Below the pieces are notes generated by a model. That model did not search any database and was not told where the DNA came from. It worked only from the letters and a program-made list of their open reading frames with translations. A stretch of DNA of 32,000 bases from assembly GCA_046350815.1 (NCBI GenBank), contig JAXLZO010000001.1, forward strand, positions 720,001 to 752,000. Direction: 5' to 3'. The DNA comes from Candidatus Saccharimonadota bacterium. Lineage in GTDB: Bacteria; Patescibacteriota; Gracilibacteria; BD1-5; UBA2023. This document shows positions 1 through 12,142 of this stretch, piece after piece (position 1 is the stretch's first letter; each line of letters opens with the position of its first letter). The position numbers were made by a program, and so were the translations under genes.

Positions 1-246
1 GTGTTTATTGGTGTCGGTCTTTGATTGCTTGTTTTTACTCTCTTTCCAAAAATTCTTGATCTTATCGGGCACATGGTTGGACTTCAGCGATGAGCTGATG
101 CACTTGTGTATGCGGCGATTATATTTTTGATGTATTTTTCGTTACTATTACTCAGAAAAATCGAAGCAACCAATGCTGTATTAACGATGCTTACTCGGGA
201 AATTGCTCTCTCAAAATTTAAAAAACATAACGATGAAAAAAGATAA
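1..246 (+). CDS. DUF2304-family small membrane protein (5' end outside window)
   Basis: Frame 1 is open from the window edge to TAA 244-246 if the two in-frame TGA are read as Gly. The translation ...GHMVGLQRGADALVYAAIIFLMYFSLLLLRKIEATNAVLTMLTREIAL fits the pattern of DUF2304 proteins that accompany GT2 genes. It overlaps the next start by 14 nt. Confidence 0.6.
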
Positions 247-940
247 ATTTCTTTTCATAGTTCGCGCATACAATGAGGTATCTCGTGTCTGAATAGTGAT
301 CCAGGCACTCTTAGATGCATGATTTTCTGAAATTTGTGTTGTGAACGATGGTTCAAAAGATGAAACACAAAAAGTGCTGAATTCATTTTGAAATAAAATT
401 TATTCTTTAAGGCATCCTATAAATCGAGGTGCCGGAGCAGCGTTGGAGACAGGTTTTGAGTTTGCCCGTAGATATTCGGATGATTATAATTGGGAATACA
501 TTGTTACTTTCGATGCGGATGGTCAACATGATATTGCCGATATTCATTCCTTTTTTCAAATATTACATAAAAATCCAGGAACACAGGTTATATTTTGATC
601 TCGATTTATTCAAAAAACTCGATCAAATGTTCCTCTGTTACGAAGAATAGTATTGTATCTTGGAATGATATTTACCAAATGTATTTCTCAGGTACATCTA
701 ACAGATGCTCATAATGGTTATCGTCTTATCAAAATAGAGGTTGTAAATAGTATTCGCCTCACCATGGATGGCATGGAATATGCAAGTGAACTCATAGATC
801 AAATCAATAAACTTTGATTCCATATTCATGAAGTACCTGTTAATATTCACTATGATAGCTATACTCTTGGGAAGGGGCAGAGACATGGTTGAATGTTTCG
901 GATAGCATTTAAAATGGTAATGAATAAATTTTTTCTCTAG
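233..940 (+). CDS. Family 2 glycosyltransferase (dolichyl-phosphate-sugar synthase-like)
   Basis: ATG 233 to TAG 938-940, 236 codons, with in-frame TGA read as Gly. GT2 motifs are present: FIVRAYNE, VVNDGSKDET and the DxD-type FDADGQHD. Confidence 0.85.
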
Positions 941-947
941 ATTGTTT

Positions 948-1946
<999 letters not shown>

Positions 1947-1978
1947 ATTCTTATAAAACTTATTTATCTTTTGCTTTC

Positions 1979-3358
1979 ATGGAACAATATACTGATTATT
2001 TCGTACGTGAGTGACTGTGGGAAGAGCTTCGCGAATCGTCCCAGGTACATGTGCATATTATCTTGATCGGAACGAAACCGGATATTATCAAGCAAGCACC
2101 GCTTTATCTCGAACTCAAGTCTCGTTGAATCTTTACACTTCTCATTCATACGGGGCAACATCACGATTATATTTTATCGGAGTGAGTACTCAATGAATTT
2201 GGTATGATTGTGGATATCAATCTGAATGTAACATGAATACTCCATGAAAAATATTCCAAGGTGGTTGATCAACTTGGTCGTATTCTCACGAAATTGAAAG
2301 AAGAGTATAAGAAAATCCCCGTTCCTTATGTTCATGGCGATACATTGACAGCTACCACAGCTGATAAAGCTGCTTTTCTTACGAAATGTAGTGTTGTTCA
2401 TGTGGAGGCGGGAATTCGGACTATTACTCCGAAGAAAGATTTCTATCATCGGTTGTTTGAAAATTATCAATCTGGAGTATTTGACTTTCGATCGTATCGA
2501 GAAACACTGATGGATCGTAGTATTTATGAGACTGGATCGATCGAGCCATATCCTGAGCAGTTTGACACTCGATGAATTGAGGGCTCAACAGGATTCTTTG
2601 CAGCTCCGACGACCCTTGCTGAACAATTTCTTATTAATGAGTGACATGATCCTGATCACATCCTGGTTACTGGTAATACCGTTGTGGATGCTGTAAGACA
2701 TTCTCAAGAAAAGGTTCATACGAGCCAAGCTTTTGAACTCTATCCAAATATGAAGTGAAAAAAGTTTATATTTGTAACGGTCCATCGACGTGAAAATACC
2801 GAAAATCGTGAGCGATTTTTGGCCATATTTTATGCGCTCAAAAAACTCTTACAGGATGGAATCCCTGTTTGTTTTCTTAAGCTCTACGCAAGTGAGTGGG
2901 CTATTGATCAATATGGATTACGATCGGAGCTCGATGACATGATTGCTCAATACTCAGAGATATTTTCGTATGGATCAGCACTTGCGCATCATCATGAAGT
3001 GATTGATATGATTTCTCATGCATGAGCTGTCGTGACGGATAGTGGTAGTATGCAAGAGGAGGCAAATATTGTCTGAGTACCATGCGTGACTCTTCGATTT
3101 GGTTCAGATCGATGAGAGACTTTGATTGCTGGATCGAATGTGCTTGCTCCGCCAGTGAATTCGAGACTTATTACTGATATTGTAAAAGGATCGATTGGGA
3201 ATCAATTCATGCAATCTCGAATCAATCTCTATGGTGAAAACGTATCAGAAAAAATTGTTGATGGAGTAGACAGGCTCTTGAAGAAGCATGGAAAGTTGTT
3301 TCTCTATGATGATGAGCGCCTAGAGTTATGAAAATTTTTTAATTGTTCTATTGATTAA
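1979..3358 (+). CDS. UDP-N-acetylglucosamine 2-epimerase family protein (divergent, with internal insertion)
   Basis: 460 codons from ATG 1979 to TAA 3356-3358. WecB-like blocks: IGTKPDIIKQAPLYLELK, HTGQHHDY, VHGDTLTA, HVEAGIRT, VTGNTVVDA, TVHRREN, VVTDSGSMQEEA, PCVTLR. An extra segment of roughly 45 aa follows EAGIRT. The ORF-track stop at 3331 is a TGA Gly codon. Confidence 0.75.
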
Positions 3359-3361
3359 TAT

Positions 3362-4306
3362 ATGAATCAGGTCATTATTATTACCGGTGGTGCTGGCTTT
3401 ATAGGGTCCAATTTTCTGAATAAATATGTACCACTTTTTCCGTATATTCGTTTTATAAATATTGATGCACTTACCTATGCTGGTAACCTCAATAAACTCT
3501 CTGAAGATACAAAAAACTCTTGCAATTATTCATTTGAACAAGTGGATATTCGGGATCGTGATTCACTCAGAGCGGTGTATGAAAAATATTCTCCTACTGA
3601 TATTATTCACTTTGCAGCTGAGTCCCATGTGGATAATTCTATCAAGAATCCACGACTTTTTACTGAGGTAAATGTTCTTTGAACACAGAATCTCTTAGAT
3701 CTTCATAGGGAATTTGGGCTTCAGAGATTTCACTATATTTCAACCGATGAAGTATATGGTGATATACCTGAGAGTGGATATTTTACCGAAGAGACTCACA
3801 TTGAGCCATCCAGTCCATATTCTGCATCGAAAGCCGGATGAGATCTTCTTGTCCAGGCCTATGGTCGAACATTTAGCCTTGATTACACGATCACTCGATG
3901 TTCAAATAATTATGGGCCAAATCAGAATTTCATCTCGCTTATTCCATTGTTTCTTTCTAAAATACAGAAGAATGAAAGAGTTCCACTCTATGGTGATGGA
4001 TCCAATATTCGTGACTGGCTCTATGTTGAAGATCATTGTGATGCAATCTGGGAAGTTTTTACTTGAGCAAAATCAAAGAGCATTTATAATGTTGGTGGTA
4101 ATAACGAATATACGAATTTGGAAATCACAAAGATTCTCTTACAATTTCTCGGAAAATCTGAAGATCTTATTTCATTTGTCCCTGATCGCCCAGGTCATGA
4201 CAAGAGATATGCAATTGATGCAACGAAAATCAGAAATGAACTTGGTTGGAGTCCAAAGTTTTGATTTGAAGAAGGTATAAAAAAAACCATTCCATCTTAT
4301 TTGTAA
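3362..4306 (+). CDS. rfbB: dTDP-glucose 4,6-dehydratase
   Basis: ATG 3362 to TAA 4304-4306. Motifs: [26 protein letters not shown](TGA)[16 protein letters not shown](TGA)[24 protein letters not shown]. Confidence 0.95.
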
Positions 4307-4308
4307 TT

Positions 4309-5178
4309 ATGAAAGGAATCATTCTTGCGTGAGGCTCTGGTACTCGCCTCTATCCCATCACGATGGCTATATCCAAGCAGCTTATGCCGATTTATGATAA
4401 GCCAATGATTTACTATCCATTGACAACATTGATGCTTGCGGGGATTCGTGATATACTCGTCATCACGACTCCTGATGATCAGTCTGGGTTTGTTCGACTT
4501 TTGGGTGATGGATCTCAGTTTGGTATATCGATTACCTATGCGGTCCAGCCGTCACCAGATGGTCTTGCTCAAGCTTTTATCATCGGTGAAGAGTTTATCA
4601 GTGATGACGATGTGTGCCTGGTGCTAGGAGACAATCTCTTCTACGGAAGTGGTCTTGCATCTCTCCTGCAGCAAAGTGTCAAAGTAGTGGAGAGCGAGCA
4701 AAAGGCAGTTGTTTTTGGATATGAGGTATCTGATCCAGAGCGGTATGGAGTGGTGGCATTTGACTCTAGTAAGAACGCTACCTCGATTGAAGAAAAGCCA
4801 AAAGATCCAAAATCAAACTACGCAGTTGTTGGACTCTATTTTTATCCAAATAGCGTCATCAGGATAGCAAAAAATGTCGAGCCGTCAGATCGCTGAGAGC
4901 TCGAGATCACATCAGTCAATGCAGAATACCTCTCGCGATGATCGCTCAAGGTAGAGCTCATGAATCGGTGATACGCATGGCTTGATACCGGAACACATGA
5001 GAGTATGATGGATGCTGCTAATTTCATTCAGATTATCCAAAAGAGACAGGGTATACTGATTGGATCTCCTGAGGAAATTGGGTATAGAATGGACTGGATT
5101 GATCAGCTACAAATAGAAAACTTAGCAAAACCAATGATGAAGAATGAGTATGGGAAATATTTGAGAAACCTCTTCTAG
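4309..5178 (+). CDS. rfbA: Glucose-1-phosphate thymidylyltransferase
   Basis: ATG 4309 to TAG 5176-5178. N-terminus MKGIILA(TGA)[10 protein letters not shown], then [36 protein letters not shown], and [16 protein letters not shown]. Confidence 0.95.
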
Positions 5179-5277
5179 GAAAAAGTAATAATTTTCTTTC
5201 GGTAACTCCAAAACACCATGGAGTATTAAAAGTCTTAAAATTTACCCATCATTATTTATTTTTGCATCATAATTTTT

Positions 5278-6201
5278 ATGGGAAAAGAACATATTTTTCT
5301 GACGTGAGCAAATGGGTTTATTGGTAGTCATTTACTACGAAGATTACTTGATGCTGATTATAGAGTCACTACACTTTTACGCTCATCATCAAATACTACA
5401 CGTATTACAGAGTTACTGAATCATCCTTGATTTACTCAAATAAATTGAGAATGTATGGAAACAGTGTTTATACAAGATACTCCACATGTGGTTATTCATC
5501 TTGCAACATGTTATCGAAAATATCATACTGCTTCAGATATTGAGGAGATGATATTAAGTAATATTACCTTTCCCACACAGATTGCTCAACTTTGTGCAAC
5601 CTATGGAGTTCGATATTTCATTAATACAGGCACATTTTTTGAGTATGATTTTTCCGATTCGCCTCTGATAGAGCAATCACGACAAAAAGCCTTTAATCTT
5701 TATGCTTCAACGAAACAGGCATTCGGTAATATTTTAAAGTACTATACAGAGCAATATTTTTTTTCTTCACTAACTTTGCGTTTATTTTCCCCATATGGCC
5801 CAGGAGACAATGAAAAGTTTATTCCCGCAGTAATTCGCTCAATAGAACACGCCATGGAATTTACACTTCAAGCACCCAATCAAAGGCTGAGCTTTACTTA
5901 TATTGATGATATTGTGGATGCTTATATGCTGTGACTTGAAAGAATAGCACTTATGACCAAGAAATATGATATAGTAAATATTGCACCGAAAGAAACACAT
6001 TCTTTAATTGAGGTTATTCATATGCTTGAAAAAATATCAAATAAAAAGCTTATTCTTTCGGTTAAAGATGATTCTGATTTAGATATTTGGCATTCATCCT
6101 TTGGATCGAACTATGCTGAGAGACTACTTAATTGGCATGCTAGAACTTCTCTTAAACAGTGATTGACTCTAACCTATAACGCATATAGAAATGCAATTTA
6201 A
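5278..6201 (+). CDS. NAD-dependent epimerase/dehydratase (extended SDR), probable nucleotide-sugar 4-ketoreductase
   Basis: ATG 5278 to TAA 6199-6201. Rossmann motif LT(TGA)ANGFIGSHLLRRLL and catalytic YASTK. It sits between rfbA and the rfbC-like gene and overlaps the next start by 11 nt. The exact substrate cannot be read from the sequence. Confidence 0.75.
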
Positions 6202-6730
6202 TCCTACTGAGCTCTCGTGACTTCTTGAGGTGCAATTTCCTCGGTTCTTGGATGATCGAGGATCATTTACCCGTGTTTTTACATCATCGATTTTTGAGGA
6301 TACTCTTTGATACCTTCCAATTTTTCGGGAAACATTTTATTCTGTATCGGTGAGAGGGGTGATTCGCGGTATGCATTTTCAAGTTCCTCCTTGTGTACAA
6401 GATAAACTGGTATATGTAATAGGCTGAATTATCAACGATGTAGTTCTTGATATTCGTACTGAATCACCAACTTTTTGACAATATATCGTTCGAGAGCTAT
6501 CATTCGAAAACAAAAAAGCGTTATTTATTCCAAAGGGGTTTGCTCATGGATTTTTGTCGAAGTCAGAACAGGCAGTAGTAGCATACATGGTAACAGAGTC
6601 GTGGGATCCAGATTGTGATAAGGGGATTCATTATGATTCATTTGGATATGATTGGAATATTGAGCACCCTATTGTATCTACCAGGGACCTAAATCAAACC
6701 TTGTTTTCGAATTTTATTTCACCATTTTAA
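6191..6730 (+). CDS. rfbC: dTDP-4-dehydrorhamnose 3,5-epimerase-like cupin
   Basis: ATG 6191 to TAA 6728-6730. RmlC-type blocks: DDRGSFTRVF, IRGMHFQ, QDKLVYVI, DVVLDIR, SPTF(TGA)QY, ALFIPKGFAHGF. Confidence 0.85.
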
Positions 6731-6746
6731 TAAAAGTATTCTTTCT

Positions 6747-8894
6747 ATGCTTCCTGCATCTATCAAATCATACGCAAAACTTATTATTGAGAACAGAAAA
6801 AATAGTTTTGTTCCATGAAAATCTCATATTCCCGTAGCTGGTCCACTTTTCGATGAGAAAGAGCTTGAGTATGCTACTGAAGCAGTCATGAGCTGCCACT
6901 GGGCTTGATGAAAGTGGAACGAGCAGTTTGAGAAGGATCTTGAAAAATACATAGGTGTTAAACATGTTATTACTACCAACTCCGGTAGTTCTGCTAACTT
7001 GCTAGCATTCACTGCGCTTACAGCAAAGGAACTTAAAGATCGACGCATACTTCCAGGCGATGAAATTATTACTGTAGCTGCATGATTTCCTACGACCATT
7101 AATCCTATTGTAATGAATGGATGTGTGCCAGTTTTTGTAGACGTTCAACTTCCTTATTATGAGGTAGATATAGAGCAAGTGCGACAAGCTATTACTCCAA
7201 AAACAAAGGCGATTATGATTGCTCATACTCTCGGAAATGTTTTTGACCTCAAGATAATCCGAGAGATATGTGATGAAAATAAATTATGGCTTATAGAGGA
7301 TACATGTGATGCACTGGGTGCTAAATATGATGGAAAGTATGCAGGGACTTATTGAGATATCGCAACACTTTCATTTTATCCAGCTCATCATATTACCATG
7401 GGCGAAGGGGGTGCACTTATGACGAATAACAATCTTCTTGCTAAAATTATCACCTCGTATCGTGATTGGTGAAGGGATTGTTGGTGTGCCCCTGGGATGG
7501 ATGATACATGCCATAATCGTTTTGGCTGGTCATTTGAATGATTACCAGATGGATTTGACCATAAATATGTTTATTCACATATTTGATATAATCTGAAAAT
7601 ATCTGATATGCAAGCGGCACTTGGTGTTGCTCAAATTGAAAAGCTTGATCAAGTAATTGCTCTTCGCAGAAAGCACTGGGATTATCTCCATAATCGTATA
7701 AAAGAGGAATGATTAGATCAGTATTTTATTCTTCCCGAAGCTATGCCGAACTCTGAGCCAAGCTGGTTTGGTTTTCTTTTATCTGTGCGAGAGGGAAAAG
7801 GGTTTGATCGCACGGATGTAATGCAGTATTTAGTTTCTAAAAATATATGAACGCGTCTATTGTTTGCTGGAAATTATATTCGACAACCAGCATTCCGAAA
7901 TTATGTAGATAACTATCGAATTGTATGAGATTTAAAAAATACAGATTTTATTATGTTCAATACATTCTGGGTTGGTGTGTGACCGACATTGACCACTGAA
8001 ATGTTAGAATACGTTGTAGAATCCTTAAGAGATTTTTGTCTTGGAAAAAAAGGTCCAATTCTTAGTGTGCTTGTACCAGCATATAACCATCCTTGATATA
8101 CTCAGGAATGTCTTGAGAGTATATTTTCTCAGAAATGATTCAATGAGAGTGATATAGAAGTGATTATGGTTGATGATATGAGTCCCCAAGATCTATCAGA
8201 TCTTGGGCAGGCATATATGAAAAAACACAACAACTTTTATTTTGAAAGAAATAGCGAAAATAAATGAATGGTATGAAATTGGAATTACCTTCTTTCATTA
8301 AAAAAGTCGAAGGCATATATCTTTGTATCCAACGATGATCGATTTTATGACGAATATGCATTACGTAAAACTTATGATGGTCTCATAGAAAACTGACTTG
8401 ATGTATGTTATGGAAAATATGTGAGTTACAATGAAGAATTTGATAAATACTCATCATTTGTTGTACATGATCGAAAGTGAGATGGAATACACGTTTTTTA
8501 TGATTCATTTGATAATGAGATAAAGGGGCATAGTATATCTTTCGGGTGAATTATGTATCGGGATTATGGTTATCAATATCAATCCAAGGCGAATATGTGG
8601 GCTGATTGGTGTATGAATCTTGAGTATCTTTTTCGTGGTAAGAAGATTTGAATGTTGCCAGAAATAACGTTTGTATATCGGGATCACCCATATCAATCAA
8701 TAAAGGTAATTGACCCAGATACTCTTAGTCAAGCATATAATTTTGTCTACGATCGATTTCATATAGAGTGAGAAGAACGATTAGTTCTTAATGAACAGAA
8801 AAATAATACAGTAAGATCTTTAAGACTGATTCGATTCCTTAAAAAGTATCAACTTTACAAAATATTTAAGGTCTTAAACCAGTTTATGGGATAA
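6747..8894 (+). CDS. Fusion protein: E1/RfbH-type PMP-dependent 4-keto-6-deoxyhexose 3-dehydrase (N-terminal) plus family 2 glycosyltransferase (C-terminal)
   Basis: A single 716-codon frame (stop included; 715 aa), ATG 6747 to TAA 8892-8894, with no TAA or TAG inside. N-terminal about 435 aa: [36 protein letters not shown] (His where aminotransferases have Lys), and [17 protein letters not shown] (CxC-x7-C iron-sulfur motif). C-terminal about 280 aa from about 8050: [31 protein letters not shown]. The last 8 codons are encoded by the IS terminal repeat. Confidence 0.85.
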
Positions 8895-8916
8895 ATTATC
8901 CCATAAACTTGGTTCT
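8877..8916. repeat. Near-perfect palindrome formed by the left IS end and an inverted partial copy of it
   Basis: ccagtttatgggataa a ttatcccataaacttgg. The arms are complementary apart from one extra t. It spans the stop codon of the 6747-8894 CDS. Confidence 0.7.
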
Positions 8917-8927
8917 ATGATCAATAA

Positions 8928-9260
8928 AACCACCTACAGGGGAAATTGAGTCTAGAAGAATCTGAAATTAACAGTGATGGATGGAAAGCTTATGATGGAC
9001 TCGTGAATATTGGATATGAGAAACACTATAGAGTGCACCATGGAGTAAATGAATTTGCGAGATGAAACCAACATATTAATGGTATTGAATTATTCTGGAG
9101 TTTCACAAAAAGAAGACTCTCTCAATTCAATGGAATCAAGAAAGTCTATTTTCCATACTATTTGAAAGAATCTGAATTCAGATATAATTGTCGTATGCAA
9201 TGAAAAGATATCTATAAAGAAATCTTAAAATTACTAAGACAATATTCTCAGAAAAATTAA
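8928..9260 (+). pseudogene. IS1595-family (ISXO2-like DDE) transposase, C-terminal fragment of about 110 aa
   Basis: The frame is open only from a TAA at 8925-8927 and has no ATG at its head. Translation: SDGWKAYDGLVNIGYEKHYRVHHGVNEFARGNQHINGIELFWSFTKRRLSQFNGIKKVYFPYYLKESEFRYNCR. The N-terminal zinc-finger and catalytic half are missing. The stop TAA lies inside the right inverted repeat. Confidence 0.8.
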
Positions 9261-9325
9261 CCCGTAACTGGGGAAGACCCATATTTATATTAAAAGTAAT
9301 TAAATAGATTTACTATAAATTCATT

Positions 9326-9657
9326 TCATGCCAAAAATTTCCATTATTACTACTGCCTATAAACATGAGAAATTTATAGCTCAAACGATTGACTCAATCC
9401 TCAATCAATCGTTTTCCGATTGGGAATTGCTCATTGGTGATGATTCTCCAGATAACGCTACCTGGCAAATCATAGAGCAATATACAAAGAAATATCCAGA
9501 TAAAATTCGGGCATGGCACCATTCTCCAAATAAAGGAATTGTGGATAATATGAATTTTCTCATTAAACATATCGCTCCAGAAACTCATTATGTTTCATTC
9601 CTGGAAGGTGATGATATGTACACACCGGATAATCTTGAAAAAAAAATGAGTGTGTTT
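9326..9657 (+). repeat. 332-bp direct repeat, copy 1 (identical to 10316-10647)
   Basis: Base-by-base comparison of the two stretches shows no mismatch, at an offset of exactly 990 bp. It covers the start codon and the first 110 codons of the GT2. Confidence 0.9.
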
Positions 9658-10311
9658 AAAGAGATGCAATCACTTGATATAATTTATACAGATTTTTTAC
9701 AAATTAACGAGAAATCCATTTTAAAGAGCAGAAACTATTTTCTATTTACTTTGAAAAACAAATCTCGATTTCTGCCACGATGAATGAGTAGACTTTCTGT
9801 GGTAAACTTATTGGGTAACTGAAATCCTATTCAGTCATTTGGTTCTGTGATTATTACTAAAAAGGTCATAGACGATTTCTTTCCAGTTGATTTAGCCGAA
9901 TTATGAACTTCTATGTTTGGTCCGTTTGACTATTTTCTTTGGTTGAAGATTTTCCCATGAAAAGAGGTATTTCACTTGGATAAGCCACTATTCTTATATC
10001 GTGTACATTCTGGAAATTTTGTAAAAAATATCAATGTTATGTTAGAGCAATCTCAGCAACTATTTTCTATCATAAGGAGGGATTATTTTCGTGATAGGAA
10101 CGTTACTTGTATTTGTGACGATTTTATTAATGAGTGTAGAATGCTAAAAGCCTTTTCAGACGGCGATATGAAAAAATTTCGATCATTTTTTTTTATGTCT
10201 TGGAGGTATAATCTGAAAAGACGTTGGTTCGTACGAGTTATGATGTATATTGGATCGTATATACCAAAAAAATGACGCGATGCAATGAGAAAATTGTATT
10301 CTTTGATTTAA
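9328..10311 (+). CDS. Family 2 glycosyltransferase, paralogue A
   Basis: ATG 9328 to TAA 10309-10311, 328 codons with TGA read as Gly. Motifs: ISIITTAYKHEKFI, LLIGDDSPDN, FLEGDDMY. The first 110 aa are identical to paralogue B. Confidence 0.85.
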
Positions 10312-10315
10312 ATCC

Positions 10316-10647
10316 TCATGCCAAAAATTTCCATTATTACTACTGCCTATAAACATGAGAAATTTATAGCTCAAACGATTGACTCAATCCTCAATCAATC
10401 GTTTTCCGATTGGGAATTGCTCATTGGTGATGATTCTCCAGATAACGCTACCTGGCAAATCATAGAGCAATATACAAAGAAATATCCAGATAAAATTCGG
10501 GCATGGCACCATTCTCCAAATAAAGGAATTGTGGATAATATGAATTTTCTCATTAAACATATCGCTCCAGAAACTCATTATGTTTCATTCCTGGAAGGTG
10601 ATGATATGTACACACCGGATAATCTTGAAAAAAAAATGAGTGTGTTT
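10316..10647 (+). repeat. 332-bp direct repeat, copy 2 (identical to 9326-9657)
   Basis: As for copy 1. Identity ends abruptly after gagtgtgttt (9657 and 10647). Confidence 0.9.
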
Positions 10648-11286
10648 GAAAAATTTCCGAATATAGCTTGCGTGTACAGTGATCTTTCTTTTATTAATAG
10701 TCAGAATGAGGTTATACTAGAAAGTTTCTTTCGAAAAAGGGGTGTGAAAATTATTCAAAATGAACAACTTTCACCTGATGAATATCTCAGATTTCAAGCT
10801 GGTCCGATTGCATCTTATTCGACAGGCATGATAAGACGTGATATATTAAAAACTGTGTCAATTACATCACTCATTTTAGATGATAAAACATATTCTGTTT
10901 CAGACTATGACTTTTATTTTCAGGTTGCCACCAATTTCTCCATTTACTGAATAGAGGAATCACTAACACTTTATCGTCGTCATTCTGGGAATTTATCAGC
11001 TCAGAATATAAAGCTCTTTTCTGATTTGGATTATTTGATTGATTCATATTATAGGAAAGCTAATATTTATAGCACAACATATTACCAAAAGAAATCATTT
11101 ATTTGTCTTTTGTTATCAGTTGCATACTTAGATCGGGATAAAAAGATTTTCTCCTATAAGTTATGGAAAGACTCGTGGGATTTCTCTGTGTGGAATTTTT
11201 TATTTTATAAGACTGCAATCCTGTTTCTTCTCCTTTCTCCATCAAATCTTCGAAAAAAAATTCTTAACAGACAGATTATACGTTAA
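10318..11286 (+). CDS. Family 2 glycosyltransferase, paralogue B
   Basis: ATG 10318 to TAA 11284-11286, 323 codons. Same N-terminal 110 aa as paralogue A, then a divergent C-terminal two thirds (FEKFPNIACVYSDLSFINSQNE...). Confidence 0.85.
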
Positions 11287-12139
11287 AATATCCCCCCCAC
11301 CAATCGTATCTGGTGGTTTTTTTAAAGACATTGCCAGTCAAAAGAAATGGAATTCTTTCGATTTTTCCAATCAAGTCTTTTAAACCGAAAAAAATTAAAA
11401 TGGGGTATCAAATTTTTCTCTGTATCTCCCATCCGAGGGTTAGTGTGGCGTAGAAAAAACCGTGAATTTGATATGCTTTCTTTATATTTATAACATTTAA
11501 GTTGTACCATTTGTAGCTGTAATTTTGACTATTCTTTTTGATAATATGGAGGGTAAGTGATTCATCGAGGTTTTTAATTGATTTTCTTCCATGGCAAAGA
11601 GATTGTTTCATAAAAAGAGCATCTGTAAAATAGTCACCTGTTTCCGTTGGGTATTTAAGTCTTAGTTTATTTCGGAAAACGAGAGACGGATGAATGGTAT
11701 AGTAATTTGTGTCACCGAGAAAATACTCAAAATATTTCTTATCGGCTTCATAGTACATAATAGTTTTTGTTCCACATCAAACATAGTCAGGATGAGCTTC
11801 AAGAAAATTCACTTGTTTTTCAAGCTTCTCCAGATGCCATATGTCATCGTGATCTTGAATGGCGATATAACCTCAATTTGCTCTTTCAAGAAGAAAATTT
11901 AATCCTTTGTAAGGGCCATGGTTTGTTTTTTCAAAGAAAAGTGTAATCTTTCATGTCTTTTTGGTTGTTTGCTCAGCCTGACTGATATATTTCCGTATAT
12001 CCTCGCTTGAATTATTGTCAAGTAATAGGATTTCAGTGTTTTGATAGGATTGATTGAGACAGCTGATGAGTGTATTTGTAAGATAATCACCTGGATTATA
12101 GGCAACGATGAGTATTGATACGAGAGGCTGATTGTTCAT
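11276..12139 (-). CDS. Family 2 glycosyltransferase
   Basis: ATG at 12139 (minus strand). Motifs: VSILIVAYNPGDYL, ILLLDNNSSED, AIQDHDDIWHLEKL. Four in-frame TGA are read as Gly. The first TAA or TAG is at 11276-11278, so the 3' end overlaps the convergent gene by 11 nt. The 3' end is the least certain part. Confidence 0.8.
11297..11323. terminator. Rho-independent-type hairpin between convergent GT2 genes
   Basis: ccacca (11297-11302), an 8-nt loop, tggtgg (11311-11316), then T7. It lies just after the stop of the 10318-11286 gene, but inside the extreme 3' end of the minus-strand GT2 as read under table 25. Confidence 0.5.
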
Positions 12140-12142
12140 ATA

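Larger units (their letters stand above)
8869..9280 (+). mobile_element. Internally deleted IS1595-family element (about 412 bp) retaining only the transposase C-terminus
   Basis: Imperfect terminal inverted repeats: aggtcttaaaccagtttatggga (8869-) and ttaacccgtaactggggaagaccc (-9280). The 7-bp direct repeat atattta flanks it at 8862-8868 and 9281-9287. A related end is seen again at 31887. Confidence 0.75.

Noticed and set aside
3714-4280. 188-aa ORF from the standard-code track
   Set aside because: It is out of frame within rfbB. The rfbB frame carries all the dehydratase motifs once TGA is read as Gly, and the 188-aa translation has no recognisable features.
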